Shown: piece by piece, positions 19,093 to 27,822 of the stretch
How the letters are laid out: every line of letters begins with the position of its first letter
Position numbering within the stretch: position 1 is the stretch's first letter
Origin: Escherichia coli
GTDB taxonomy: Bacteria > Pseudomonadota > Gammaproteobacteria > Enterobacterales > Enterobacteriaceae
Assembly (NCBI RefSeq): GCF_044324875.1
Contig: NZ_CP172185.1
DNA length: 64,000 nucleotides
Strand: one strand, 5' to 3'
Program-made: the position numbers and the translations under genes
The notes under the pieces: generated by a model
The model's input: only the letters and a program-made list of their open reading frames with translations
What the model was told of the DNA's origin: nothing
Database searches by the model: none

Positions 19093-19350
19093 ATGAGTAA
19101 TGCAGCAAGACTCCAGCTGGGTTTTTCTCCGTTTTCAAAAACTATCGTGCTGGCAAAAATGCGTAATCTTGACGACGGAACCAGTCTTCGTGTCGGTAAT
19201 GATCCCGGTCGCGATGTAACCAATGAGGCGGCTCAGCTTGTCTGGCATCTGGTCATGGCAGAAGGTGGTGAAATTATGTGGGAAATGGACGATGGCTCCC
19301 GCATGGTGCTGAAGGCTGAAAGTCAGGAGGCAACCAGTGAGCAAGATTAA
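19093..19350 (+). CDS. Small hypothetical protein
   Basis: 85 aa. GGTGGAAAG RBS region upstream. Confidence 0.5.
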   Translation: MSNAARLQLGFSPFSKTIVLAKMRNLDDGTSLRVGNDPGRDVTNEAAQLVWHLVMAEGGEIMWEMDDGSRMVLKAESQEATSEQD

Positions 19351-19945
19351 CTACCAGGCACTGCGTGAGGCGGCAGAGCAGGCAATGCATGACGACTGGG
19401 GATTTGACACGGATCTTTTCCATGAGCTGGTAACACCATCGATTGTGCAGGCACTGCTGGATGAACGGGAAGCCCAAAGCAAACACGTAGCTGAACTGGA
19501 GGCTAATTTATCGGCGATGACCGAAGACCACCAGAAAGCGACTGAGTCAATTAAGCAGGCTGATTCGGCTGTTAAGTTGGCACACGAGACGTTTTCGGCG
19601 CTGGCGGCGGAGAATGCAAAGCTGAAGAAGTTCTGCAAAGACGCTGCATTCGATGCCGATTACGAAGCAGAGTCAGGTATGGAGCGTGGTGGATTCAGTG
19701 ATGCGCTTAACGAAATCAAAATCACAGCCACCGACGCTTTCCTGGCTGAAGTACGGGCGCAGGGGGTGGATGCTGCTATAGACGCTGCAAAAAATCTGGT
19801 GGCTCAGGAATATGAGTATAAGGATTTCAAAGCGGCGCAGAGTGATTGCTGTATGTTTCCTGGTTCAGACCTGGTAGGGAAGGTTGAAATGACCGAGTGG
19901 TTAGTTGACTTTGCCGCAGAGCTTCGCAAAGGAGGCAACCAGTGA
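19337..19945 (+). CDS. ead/Ea22-like protein
   Basis: N-terminus MSKINYQALREAAEQA... typical of lambdoid Ea22-like proteins. Coiled-coil middle. Confidence 0.65.
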   Translation: MSKINYQALREAAEQAMHDDWGFDTDLFHELVTPSIVQALLDEREAQSKHVAELEANLSAMTEDHQKATESIKQADSAVKLAHETFSALAAENAKLKKFCKDAAFDADYEAESGMERGGFSDALNEIKITATDAFLAEVRAQGVDAAIDAAKNLVAQEYEYKDFKAAQSDCCMFPGSDLVGKVEMTEWLVDFAAELRKGGNQ

Positions 19946-20256
19946 ACAAGATTGACTATCAGGCACTGCGTGAGGCGGCAGAAGCAATAAAAATAGCAGC
20001 CACACCACAAAAATTGCTGGCATTTCGTATGAAAGTCACACCTCAGGTTGTGCTGGCGCTGCTGGATGAGCTGGAAACCAAAGAAGAACAGCGAGCTAAC
20101 TTGCAGGGACCAGAAGGATTGATTAAAGCAGTGCGCTTCTATGAACAGGTTAAGCGTGAAAATCCGCCAGTCGAAACCGGAGTATGGAAAGACGCTGTTG
20201 ACTGGGTGCTCAAAGAGGCTTGCCAGGCTGTAAACATTGGCATCAAAGGAGAGTGA
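19942..20256 (+). CDS. ead/Ea22-like protein (short)
   Basis: MNKIDYQALREAAEA.... Ends ...NIGIKGE at the conserved junction motif. Confidence 0.65.
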   Translation: MNKIDYQALREAAEAIKIAATPQKLLAFRMKVTPQVVLALLDELETKEEQRANLQGPEGLIKAVRFYEQVKRENPPVETGVWKDAVDWVLKEACQAVNIGIKGE

Positions 20257-20258
20257 GA

Positions 20259-20750
20259 GTGCAGATTTCACCGGTTACTCTTCGTGTTGCGAAGGCGTTT
20301 ATATCCAGACATCACCGACACAATAAACCCCCGGTGGGGCATAAATTCAGCATTGGTCTGAGAAATGATGCCGGAGAATTGATAGGTGTGGCGACAGCCG
20401 GTCGACCTGTAGCACGACATTTGGATGATGGATTAACGCTTGAAGTAAATCGCACATGTACCACAGGAGAACGCAACGCTAACAGCGCGCTTTATGGTGC
20501 TGTCTGGCGGGCAGCAAAAGCTATGGGTTATCAACGTTGTATTACGTACACCCGGGCAGATGAATCAGGAGCATCTCTTCGCGCAACTGGTTTTGTTCGT
20601 GTGAAAGAGCTTCCTCCAAGAAAAAGCTGGGCGGAATCAAGCGTCGCCCTGCGGAGTAAACGCGATCCAGTCGGAAACGGTGGTGTTCCTCGTGTGCTCT
20701 GGGAAATCAGGAGAATGAGTACCACTGGTATTCGCATCAAAGGAGAGTGA
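20259..20750 (+). CDS. XF1762-family protein (phage/ICE accessory, function unknown)
   Basis: GTG 20259 follows AAAGGAGAG. The sequence VQISPVTLRVAKAFISRHHRHNKPPVGHKFSIG resembles the XF1762 family (memory). Ends ...GIRIKGE. Confidence 0.5.
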   Translation: MQISPVTLRVAKAFISRHHRHNKPPVGHKFSIGLRNDAGELIGVATAGRPVARHLDDGLTLEVNRTCTTGERNANSALYGAVWRAAKAMGYQRCITYTRADESGASLRATGFVRVKELPPRKSWAESSVALRSKRDPVGNGGVPRVLWEIRRMSTTGIRIKGE

Positions 20751-20751
20751 T

Positions 20752-21267
20752 ATGGCGTTAACACACCACGAACTCTGTCAGATTGCGTACAAGTTCCTTA
20801 AGCGCAACGGGTTCAAGGTTTGCTTTCATGACCGCTTTATAGCTGTAACCAGTACCGGAGAACAGCCAGATGCTATGGGATTCAGAAATTCAGCATCATG
20901 CCTGATAGAGGCGAAGTGTTCTCGTGCTGACTTGTTGGCAGATAGAAAAAAGCGTTTCCGTAAAAATCCCTCACTTGGCATGGGCGACTGGCGATTCTTT
21001 ATTAGTGAGCCGGAAATTATTTCAGTTGAGGATTTACCTCCCGGCTGGGGATTACTTCACGTTGTTAACGGAAGAGTACGGAAAGTACATGGATGGCCCA
21101 GGGGTAATTGCTGTTGGGGTAATCCTGACGATAAGCCATTTACTGGGAATAAGCAGGTTGAATGCGATTACATGTTATCTGCATTAAGGCGCATGGAGCT
21201 AAGAGGACACCTTAATGAAATATATGACGGTGTAATTGTTAATAAGAAAGAAGGAAACGCAGCATGA
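20752..21267 (+). CDS. PD-(D/E)xK nuclease-fold-like protein
   Basis: QPDAMGF...CLIEAKCSRAD fits a D...ExK motif. ATG lies 1 nt after the upstream stop. Confidence 0.4.
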   Translation: MALTHHELCQIAYKFLKRNGFKVCFHDRFIAVTSTGEQPDAMGFRNSASCLIEAKCSRADLLADRKKRFRKNPSLGMGDWRFFISEPEIISVEDLPPGWGLLHVVNGRVRKVHGWPRGNCCWGNPDDKPFTGNKQVECDYMLSALRRMELRGHLNEIYDGVIVNKKEGNAA

Positions 21268-21513
21268 CCACTTTAACCGACAAAGAACTAATTAAAGAAA
21301 TCAGAGAGCGAATACCCCGCCTTGCCAGCGTCGGTAGTGCCTGAAGGACTGGTTAAAGCAGTGCGTTTCTATGAACAGGTAAAGCGTGAGAATCCGCCAG
21401 TCGAAACCGGAGCATGGAAATACGCTGTTGACTGGGTATTACAGGAAGCATGTCAGGCTGTTCATTGGTGCCGACAGATATCAGCCCTTCAGGAACAGGA
21501 GAATCATTCATGA
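21264..21513 (+). pseudogene. Frameshifted Ea22-like gene remnant
   Basis: ATG 21264 (MTTLTDKELIKEIRERIPRLASVGSA*) stops at about 21342. The Ea22-like C-terminal module PEGLVKAVRFYEQVKRENPPVETG... continues in another frame to 21513. Confidence 0.45.
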
Positions 21514-21725
21514 GAAAAATCAGTGGAATGTTGAATCTGGAGAAGGCCAGGATGCAGTTGCGTGTTTTGTTATCTGGACCTGTTCCTGCAATCACTCCGA
21601 TGGCGCATGCCGTGGCAATAAAAGTTGTGCTTGATGCTCTGGATGCGAGTGAGCGGAGGGTGGCTGAACTGGAACAGGTCTGCACTGCCGCGGGTATTCG
21701 TATCAAAGGGGAACAAGTGAAATGA
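21510..21725 (+). CDS. Small protein ending in the GIRIKGE junction motif
   Basis: AGGAGA upstream of ATG 21510, which overlaps the stop at 21513. Confidence 0.5.
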   Translation: MRKISGMLNLEKARMQLRVLLSGPVPAITPMAHAVAIKVVLDALDASERRVAELEQVCTAAGIRIKGEQVK

Positions 21726-21943
21726 AACGGAAAATGCAGACAATTTCGGGTCCTGTGATTATCGACAGTAATGAGGTGACACAGTTTTACCCGGACCATG
21801 AAAGTGGAGGGGAACTCACCGCTGTTGAGTACCTTGCTGACGGGGGAAGAATCACCGCGAGGGTGAGGCACTCTTTTTATCAGGTTGCTGCGGCACTTGC
21901 CGGGGCATGGCGTGCGGATGATGCATCAAAAAGCGGTGGGTGA
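21722..21943 (+). CDS. Small hypothetical protein
   Basis: The ATG overlaps the upstream stop. 73 aa. Confidence 0.45.
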   Translation: MKRKMQTISGPVIIDSNEVTQFYPDHESGGELTAVEYLADGGRITARVRHSFYQVAAALAGAWRADDASKSGG

Positions 21944-22203
21944 GGACTGTGCCGGAATGATTGTCTGTTCCGAAGCTGCTGAGCCGCGACATAAATTTTT
22001 TATGTTGCGGTGAAGCAGCCGACAAACGAAGAGCGTCAGCGTATCAACAGTTAAGGAAAATATCTTCTGAAGCCGGACGCGACAGTCAGTCCGGTGGTGC
22101 TCGTGTGGTGAAGTGTTTAGCCTGCATCTTTGACAGGGTTCAGTTATAAGCATTTCGGAAACCGTTCCCCGGGGCAGTCTGCCGGGATTTAAGGAGTTTA
22201 TTT

Positions 22204-23469
22204 ATGGCGCTACCTGCAGAAAGCCTTATTGCGCATACGCTCAGAAAAATGAAGGCCAGCATGGCAGAGAAAGCCAGTCGTGAGGACGGGAGGATACGCA
22301 GTGGGCTGTTGTTTACCGGCAATGTTCACGATTCGTATCCCCGCAGGCTGTTGCTGGATACGCGCCTTTCTCCCCTTGATAAAACTGCGTGGATGATGAT
22401 TCGTCTGCATGCCCTGAATAATGAGGGCGCAGTATTTCCGACGTACGATGAACTGCAGTTACAACTGGCATCTCCCGGGCGCGGGAAGGCGTCCCGTGAA
22501 ACAGTGAGCCGGGTGCTGACAATGCTGCGGCTTACGGGCTGGCTGAGTCTGTGTAAGCGGGTCAGGGATGAAAAAGGGCGGGTCCGGGGGAATATTTACG
22601 CCCTGCATGATGAGCCACTGACCTGCTGTGATGCAGAAAAGTTTGACCCACGATACCTGGATATGGTTCTGGATACTGTGAGCAGGAGCCGGAACAAGAC
22701 AATCCGGCACACAGCCAGTGAAGTGCTCAGTGATATCAAAAATGAGCCCGGTATGCGGCATTACCACAGCCATATCACTCTGTTTGAATCGCGTATGGGG
22801 GCAGCACAGACACCTGGTCAGCTGGCGGCGCGTCAGCGGGTGAACCCGATGGTGAATGAAAACACAGGCAGAGAGAGTGGTTCGGATTCCGTACATACCC
22901 CTGCACCTGTCGTGCAGGTAAACGAACTCAGTGATCCATTAATCGAACTCAGTGAAAAACAGGAAATGAGCCCACTCAGTTCGGATTCCGTACTGCCTGA
23001 AAAATCAGCAACTTATTACTCGGTTCGGAAACCGAACAATTACGTACGTAATATCACACACAGTGTGATTAAAAATACGTACGTATTGCCTGAGTCGGTG
23101 AAATCGCAAATCAGCGCAGAAGACACGGACATGCTGACAAAACAACTGCAGGCGTTGCCGGAAGAACTGGCAGGTAGTGTGCTGAGCAGCCTGTTACAGA
23201 TGCTCAGCAAAAACACGCTCCAGAATCCGGTTGGCTGGATGCTGGCTGTGATGAAACTTGCGCGTGAGGGACGTTTTAATACGCCGGATATGTCCGTGCA
23301 TGAATCCCGGTCGCCAGCCCGTGCACCATATCAGCCTGTGTACAACCGTGATGAACGTGAACGTCGTCGCGGGAAAGTGGCGTCACCTGAAACGGTGAGC
23401 AACATTGTCGCAGAATTCCGGGCCAGCCTGAAACGTGCAAATGCTGCCCGTCTGGCGGCGCGTGTGTGA
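22204..23469 (+). CDS. STY4528-family island replication-type protein (winged-helix region in the N-terminal half)
   Basis: YPRRLLLDTRLSPLDKTAWMMIRL...FPTYDELQLQL...SRETVSRVLTMLRLTGWLS resembles a Rep/HTH DNA-binding module. Immediately followed by the iteron array. Confidence 0.6.
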   Translation: MALPAESLIAHTLRKMKASMAEKASREDGRIRSGLLFTGNVHDSYPRRLLLDTRLSPLDKTAWMMIRLHALNNEGAVFPTYDELQLQLASPGRGKASRETVSRVLTMLRLTGWLSLCKRVRDEKGRVRGNIYALHDEPLTCCDAEKFDPRYLDMVLDTVSRSRNKTIRHTASEVLSDIKNEPGMRHYHSHITLFESRMGAAQTPGQLAARQRVNPMVNENTGRESGSDSVHTPAPVVQVNELSDPLIELSEKQEMSPLSSDSVLPEKSATYYSVRKPNNYVRNITHSVIKNTYVLPESVKSQISAEDTDMLTKQLQALPEELAGSVLSSLLQMLSKNTLQNPVGWMLAVMKLAREGRFNTPDMSVHESRSPARAPYQPVYNRDERERRRGKVASPETVSNIVAEFRASLKRANAARLAARV

Positions 23470-23483
23470 TGGTTAAAAGTCAA

Positions 23484-23807
23484 TCTATGGCGCTACTGGC
23501 ACCATAGTACAAAAAATAAGCGATGGTGCCACTGGCACCATAGTACAAAAAATGAGCGATGGTGCCACTGGCACCACGGTATAAAAAATGAGCGATGGTG
23601 CCACTGGCACCACGGTATAAAAAATGAGCGATGGTGACGCTGGCACCATAGTACAAAAAATAAGCGATGGTGCCACTGGCACCACGGTACAAAAAATAAG
23701 CGATGGTGCCACTGGCACCATAGTACAAAAAATGAGCGATGGTGCCACTGGCACCATAGTACAAAAAATGAGCGATGGTGCCACTGGCACCATAGTATAA
23801 AAACGAA
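23484..23807. repeat. Nine tandem 36-bp iterons, each with the 19-bp palindrome ATGGTGCCAcTGGCACCAT plus an A-tract spacer
   Basis: Units start at 23484 (degenerate), 23520, 23556, 23592, 23628, 23664, 23700, 23736 and 23772. Consensus GCGATGGTGCCACTGGCACCATAGTACAAAAAATGA. Confidence 0.95.
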
Positions 23808-23935
23808 CGCAATTCATACGCTCAATCCCGTTAATTTTAAAAGGTTCAAATCTGTTTTCCTGTTGTTGTTAATCCGGTTCTTTCTGACGATCTCACACTC
23901 AACTGGTGTTATTTCTGGTACTGAGTGGAGGTCAT

Positions 23936-24616
23936 ATGACTGATGAGAAAAAGACTGAACCTGGCGTGTTAAAAAGCTCCCTGACAATTAATATTCACAC
24001 TTATTACGCTATTCGGTTGTGGAACGGTCGCAAGCCTGAGACTGGTGCTGATAAGTCGGAACGTCGGCGCAGGATCATTGGCATGCCCGGGGTTATTTCC
24101 CGTGCGGGTATCGCAACAAAAGATTCTGAGAACAATAATCCGTGGGCGGATGAATTTTTGTTCAGCCTTGAGGAAAAGCTGAATCACTCAAAGCAAAAGA
24201 TTAATGACCTGGTTGAGCAGTTAAATGATGTTTTACGGGATGTGCCAGGGGATATTTGTATTTCTGAAATATCATCAACCAGTCCAGTAAATATTGGTGT
24301 GCACAGTCGTTCACCTCTTGGTTACAAATGTGTATGGCTGCTTGTCGGGTACGATGAACTGGTGCTTAAAGCCTTTCAGGCTTTCCACTATGGACTGATT
24401 GCCCGATCACGTCGTGATGAAATACTTAATGCCGGAGGGCATGCTGTACGTCAGATTTGTGCTCTTGCCCAGGGATATAAAACTGTACCTGCAACGAGGG
24501 GTGATATTTCTTCTGGCTCACAAAAAGGAAAAGATGCGATCAGCCGCTATGGCATGCCTGATCCTGACATCCTTACCGGGAAGAAACGGTCCTCCTTTTC
24601 TGCACCGCTGAAATAA
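23936..24616 (+). CDS. PFL_4669-family ICE protein (conserved, function unknown)
   Basis: GGAGG upstream of ATG 23936. Position directly upstream of topB as in PFGI-1-class ICEs (memory). Confidence 0.5.
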   Translation: MTDEKKTEPGVLKSSLTINIHTYYAIRLWNGRKPETGADKSERRRRIIGMPGVISRAGIATKDSENNNPWADEFLFSLEEKLNHSKQKINDLVEQLNDVLRDVPGDICISEISSTSPVNIGVHSRSPLGYKCVWLLVGYDELVLKAFQAFHYGLIARSRRDEILNAGGHAVRQICALAQGYKTVPATRGDISSGSQKGKDAISRYGMPDPDILTGKKRSSFSAPLK

Positions 24617-24628
24617 TCTGGTAACTCT

Positions 24629-26647
24629 ATGCGTCTCTATTTATGTGAAAAACCTTCACAGGCCGCTGATATAGCCAGAGTACTTGGGGCTGCCAGACGT
24701 GGTGATGGTGCGATTGAAGGTAAGGACTTTGTTGTGACCTGGGCCTTTGGTCACTTGCTGGAGCAGGCGCCACCGGAGGCGTATGGTGAACAGTTTGGCA
24801 GCCCCTGGAAAATTGACGTTTTGCCGGTCTTTCCTAAACAGTGGAAGATGGTGGTGAAGGATAATGTCGGGAAGCAGTTTAATGTGATCAGCCGCCTTCT
24901 CCGTAAGACTGATGAAGTGGTGATTGCCACTGACGCCGATCGTGAAGGCGAAATTATCGCAAGGGAACTGCTGGATTATTGTGGTTATACCGGCGTTGTG
25001 CGCCGTCTCTGGCTGTCCGCACTGGATGAGAGCAGTATCAGGGAGGCGCTGGACAGAATACTGCCCGGAGAGGAGACCGAGAAGTTATATGAAGCCGGTA
25101 AGGGACGCAGCCGGGCTGACTGGCTGACGGGGATCAACCTGACGCGTCTGTATACCCTGAAAGCCAGGGGGTGTGGTGTGTCCGGCGTCCTCTCTGTTGG
25201 CAGGGTGCAGACGCCCACGCTTGCGATGGTGGTCAGACGGGACGCGGAAATAAAAAATTTTATTCCGGTACCTTACTGGCAACTGTATCTCTGGCTGGAG
25301 AAGGATAATGTGCGTTTTCGTACCACCTGGATTGCGGCAGCGCAGTACTGCGATACTGAAAAACGGTGTGTGAATGTGCAGGCGGCAACAGCCGTCCTGT
25401 CACAGTGTCGTCAGGCAGGTGTTGCTGTTGTCAGGGATGTCAGCAGCAGACGGGAGAAAAAGCAGCCTCCGCTGTGTTTTTCGCTCGGAACGTTGCAGGA
25501 GGTCTGTTCGCGCAAATTTGGCCTCGGAGCGCAGGCTGTTCTTGATATAGCCCAGTCGCTGTACGAAAAGCATAAGGCGACAACATATCCGCGTACAGAT
25601 TGCGGTTATCTGCCGGTATCAATGCACAAAGAAGTGCCTGACGTACTGGCGGCGCTGGAAAAAACCGATCCGGATATTGCCACGGAGCTGGCAAAACTCA
25701 GTCCTGATATTGTGTCGGGGATCTGGAACGACAGGAAGATCACCGCGCATCATGCGATAATCCCCACCCGTCAGCCGTTTAATATTGTGGCGCTGAGTGA
25801 TAATGAGCTTAAGGTGTACCGGTTAATTCGTCAGCATTATCTGGCTCAGTTTTTACCCATGCAGGAGTCGGATGTCACAGAGGCCACATTTCTTGTTGCG
25901 GGGCAGTTGTTCGGAACGCGGGGACGGGTGGAGGTTGTCAGGGGATGGCGTGCGCTTTTTGTGTCAGATTCGGCGGGAGAGGAAGAGGATGTTGCAGACG
26001 ATGAGCAGGCGATGCCCCTTCCCGTACTGGCAAAAGGTGATGAATGTCGTCCTGCTGAAGCTGAACTCAAAGAGATGCAGACCACGCCACCACGTCATTA
26101 TACGGAAGGCACGCTGATTGCGGCGATGAAAAATGCTGCGGGTATGGTGAGTGATCCGGCACTGAAAAAAGTGTTACGCGAAAATGCGGGGCTGGGTACT
26201 GAAGCGACCCGCGCAGAAATACTGGAAACGTTGTTCACCCGCAAATATATCGAGAAGCAGGGTAAGCATATCCGTGCCACGCAACTGGGGGCGGAGCTGA
26301 TAGCGGGATTGCCGGAGGCGCTGACCAGTCCGGGAACAACGGCGCTGTGGGAACAGGCTCTGGATGATATTGCACAGGGTAAACTGTCACTGTCGTCATT
26401 TATGGAGAAGCAGAAACAGTGGCTTAACCACCTGGTGGCCGGTGCAAGGCAGCAGCCACTGCAGATCACGGCACCGGTTACGCCTGCATGCCCTCTTTGC
26501 AGGGGAAGAATGCGGAAGGTGAAGATGAAAAGCGGGAAAGGGGAATTCTGGAGTTGTCAGCGTTATCCGGAGTGTAAGGGAGTGATTTCAGAGCAGAAAC
26601 CGACATCCGGGAAACGGGGCGGCAGAAAAATTAAAAAGCGTGGATGA
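24629..26647 (+). CDS. topB: DNA topoisomerase III
   Basis: TOPRIM MRLYLCEKPSQA and ATDADREGE. Active-site region TTYPRTDCGYL. C-terminal zinc ribbon CPLCRG...CQRYPECKG. Confidence 0.92.
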   Translation: MRLYLCEKPSQAADIARVLGAARRGDGAIEGKDFVVTWAFGHLLEQAPPEAYGEQFGSPWKIDVLPVFPKQWKMVVKDNVGKQFNVISRLLRKTDEVVIATDADREGEIIARELLDYCGYTGVVRRLWLSALDESSIREALDRILPGEETEKLYEAGKGRSRADWLTGINLTRLYTLKARGCGVSGVLSVGRVQTPTLAMVVRRDAEIKNFIPVPYWQLYLWLEKDNVRFRTTWIAAAQYCDTEKRCVNVQAATAVLSQCRQAGVAVVRDVSSRREKKQPPLCFSLGTLQEVCSRKFGLGAQAVLDIAQSLYEKHKATTYPRTDCGYLPVSMHKEVPDVLAALEKTDPDIATELAKLSPDIVSGIWNDRKITAHHAIIPTRQPFNIVALSDNELKVYRLIRQHYLAQFLPMQESDVTEATFLVAGQLFGTRGRVEVVRGWRALFVSDSAGEEEDVADDEQAMPLPVLAKGDECRPAEAELKEMQTTPPRHYTEGTLIAAMKNAAGMVSDPALKKVLRENAGLGTEATRAEILETLFTRKYIEKQGKHIRATQLGAELIAGLPEALTSPGTTALWEQALDDIAQGKLSLSSFMEKQKQWLNHLVAGARQQPLQITAPVTPACPLCRGRMRKVKMKSGKGEFWSCQRYPECKGVISEQKPTSGKRGGRKIKKRG

Positions 26648-26690
26648 TGATTACATGCTTTTTTTTATTTGTTAAAGTGCATACGCTTTG

Positions 26691-26828
26691 ATGCGTACCC
26701 TGCTGACCACAGTAAAGAGCGGGCAGCTCTTCGGTCCGGTGATCGGCTCTACACACCAGCTGGATCACAAGGCGCATAAACTCCGTGAAAACCGCGCCGG
26801 GAGAAATCCCCGGAGACTGATGAGATAA
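26691..26828 (+). CDS. Possible 45-aa ORF (MRTLLTTVKSGQLFGPVIGSTHQLDHKAHKLRENRAGRNPRRLMR)
   Basis: Below the ORF-track cutoff. Followed by a strong terminator. No recognised family. Confidence 0.25.
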   Translation: MRTLLTTVKSGQLFGPVIGSTHQLDHKAHKLRENRAGRNPRRLMR

Positions 26829-26848
26829 ACTACAGGGCTGGTAACCCC

Positions 26849-26875
26849 GGGCACCGTTTTTACGGTGCCCTTTTT
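26849..26875 (+). terminator. Rho-independent terminator
   Basis: GGGCACCG-ttttta-CGGTGCCC followed by TTTTTATTTT. Confidence 0.8.
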
Positions 26876-26920
26876 ATTTTGGTATTGACTTTCTTTGTGT
26901 GAGCTTTAAATATGGCAGGG

Positions 26921-27240
26921 CTAACTTGTCGCTCCGGCGACCACCAATGTTCCATAGTGGCCTGTGAGGAACGCCTTCGGGTGGCCCATGTCGCTTCAGC
27001 GACCACCAATGTTCCATGTGGCCTGTGAGGAACGCCTTCGGGTGGCCCACGTCGCTCCGGCGACCACCAATGCTTCATCTGACCTGTGAGGAGCGCCTTC
27101 GGGTGGTCAGTTTTACACCTCCTGAGCCTGAAAGGAGCTGTGCGTACTGAAGGGATATATTCCCGGAAGTACGGGCAAATCTGCACACCTTTGAGAGCAG
27201 ATGTCACTGCGGTTTTCCGTGATGATGAAGGCTTTTTTTA
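26921..27240 (+). ncRNA. Tandem-pseudoknot structured element, STAXI-like, copy 1 (three 61-62-nt units plus a conserved 3' tail)
   Basis: Units GTCGCTCCGGCGACCACCAATGTTCCAT.GTGGCCTGTGAGGAACGCCTTCGGGTGGCCCA repeat 3 times. Hairpin GTCGC/GCGAC plus GTTCC/GGAAC and CCACC/GGTGG pairings. Located between topB and DUF3577/ssb. Confidence 0.55.
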
Positions 27241-27357
27241 CTGCACAGACAGCCGGAAATTCAGCTGATTCCGGCATCCCCGACGGGAACTATCACTCCC
27301 GTCAGGGCTGGTGATGTTCTCCGTCATATCTTTTTTTCACTCCATGGAGAAATCATC

Positions 27358-27822
27358 ATGTCTGCAACTAACTCTACTTCTGCAAAAACTGAATACTTCA
27401 ACCTGACCATGAAAGGTCTTGGGTATCTCAGCAATGTACGTCAGGTTAACCATCAGAACGGTTCGTTCCTCAGCTGTGTGATTAACGCACTGAGTGGACC
27501 AACGGACAATCCGTCCTATACGCGTTTTGATGTTACGGTTGCCGGTAAAGAGGCGACCACCCTGATCTCCCGCTGCCAGAAAGCAGTGGATGAGGACCGC
27601 AAGGTACTGCTTGGTTTTACGTTAAGCAACCTTGCCACCGACATTTTCACCCTGAACAAGGGGGAGCATGCCGGTGAGCAACGCGTCAGCCTGAAAGCCC
27701 GCCTGATCAAGGTGGACTGGATAAAAATAGGCCAGGAGCAGGTCTATAAGGCTGAAAAAGCGGAGTCCCAGCCACCGAGCCATGGCACCACAAAACGTGA
27801 ATACGCAGAAGACTCCTTCTGA
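27358..27822 (+). CDS. DUF3577 / STY4534-family ICE protein
   Basis: MSATNSTSAKTEYFNLTMKGLGYLSNVRQV... is the typical DUF3577 N-terminus (memory). Lies upstream of ssb. Confidence 0.6.
   Translation: MSATNSTSAKTEYFNLTMKGLGYLSNVRQVNHQNGSFLSCVINALSGPTDNPSYTRFDVTVAGKEATTLISRCQKAVDEDRKVLLGFTLSNLATDIFTLNKGEHAGEQRVSLKARLIKVDWIKIGQEQVYKAEKAESQPPSHGTTKREYAEDSF

Noticed and set aside
23484-23807. Possible CRISPR array
   Set aside because: The units are contiguous 36-bp repeats with no unique spacers between them, and no cas genes are present. This is an iteron or binding-site array.
23480-23817. Two 110-aa minus-strand ORFs with repeated peptide units (YYGASGTIAHFL... and TMVPVAPSLIF...)
   Set aside because: They are read-through of the 36-bp (12-codon) iteron array in two frames. 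Having no stops is a by-product of the repeat, and there is no RBS or start context.
26860-27207. 115-aa minus-strand ORF, with similar ORFs at 60893-61166 and 63734-63994
   Set aside because: They run antisense through the three copies of the tandem-pseudoknot element. Their repeated peptide blocks mirror the nucleotide units, and the region is better explained as structured RNA/DNA.
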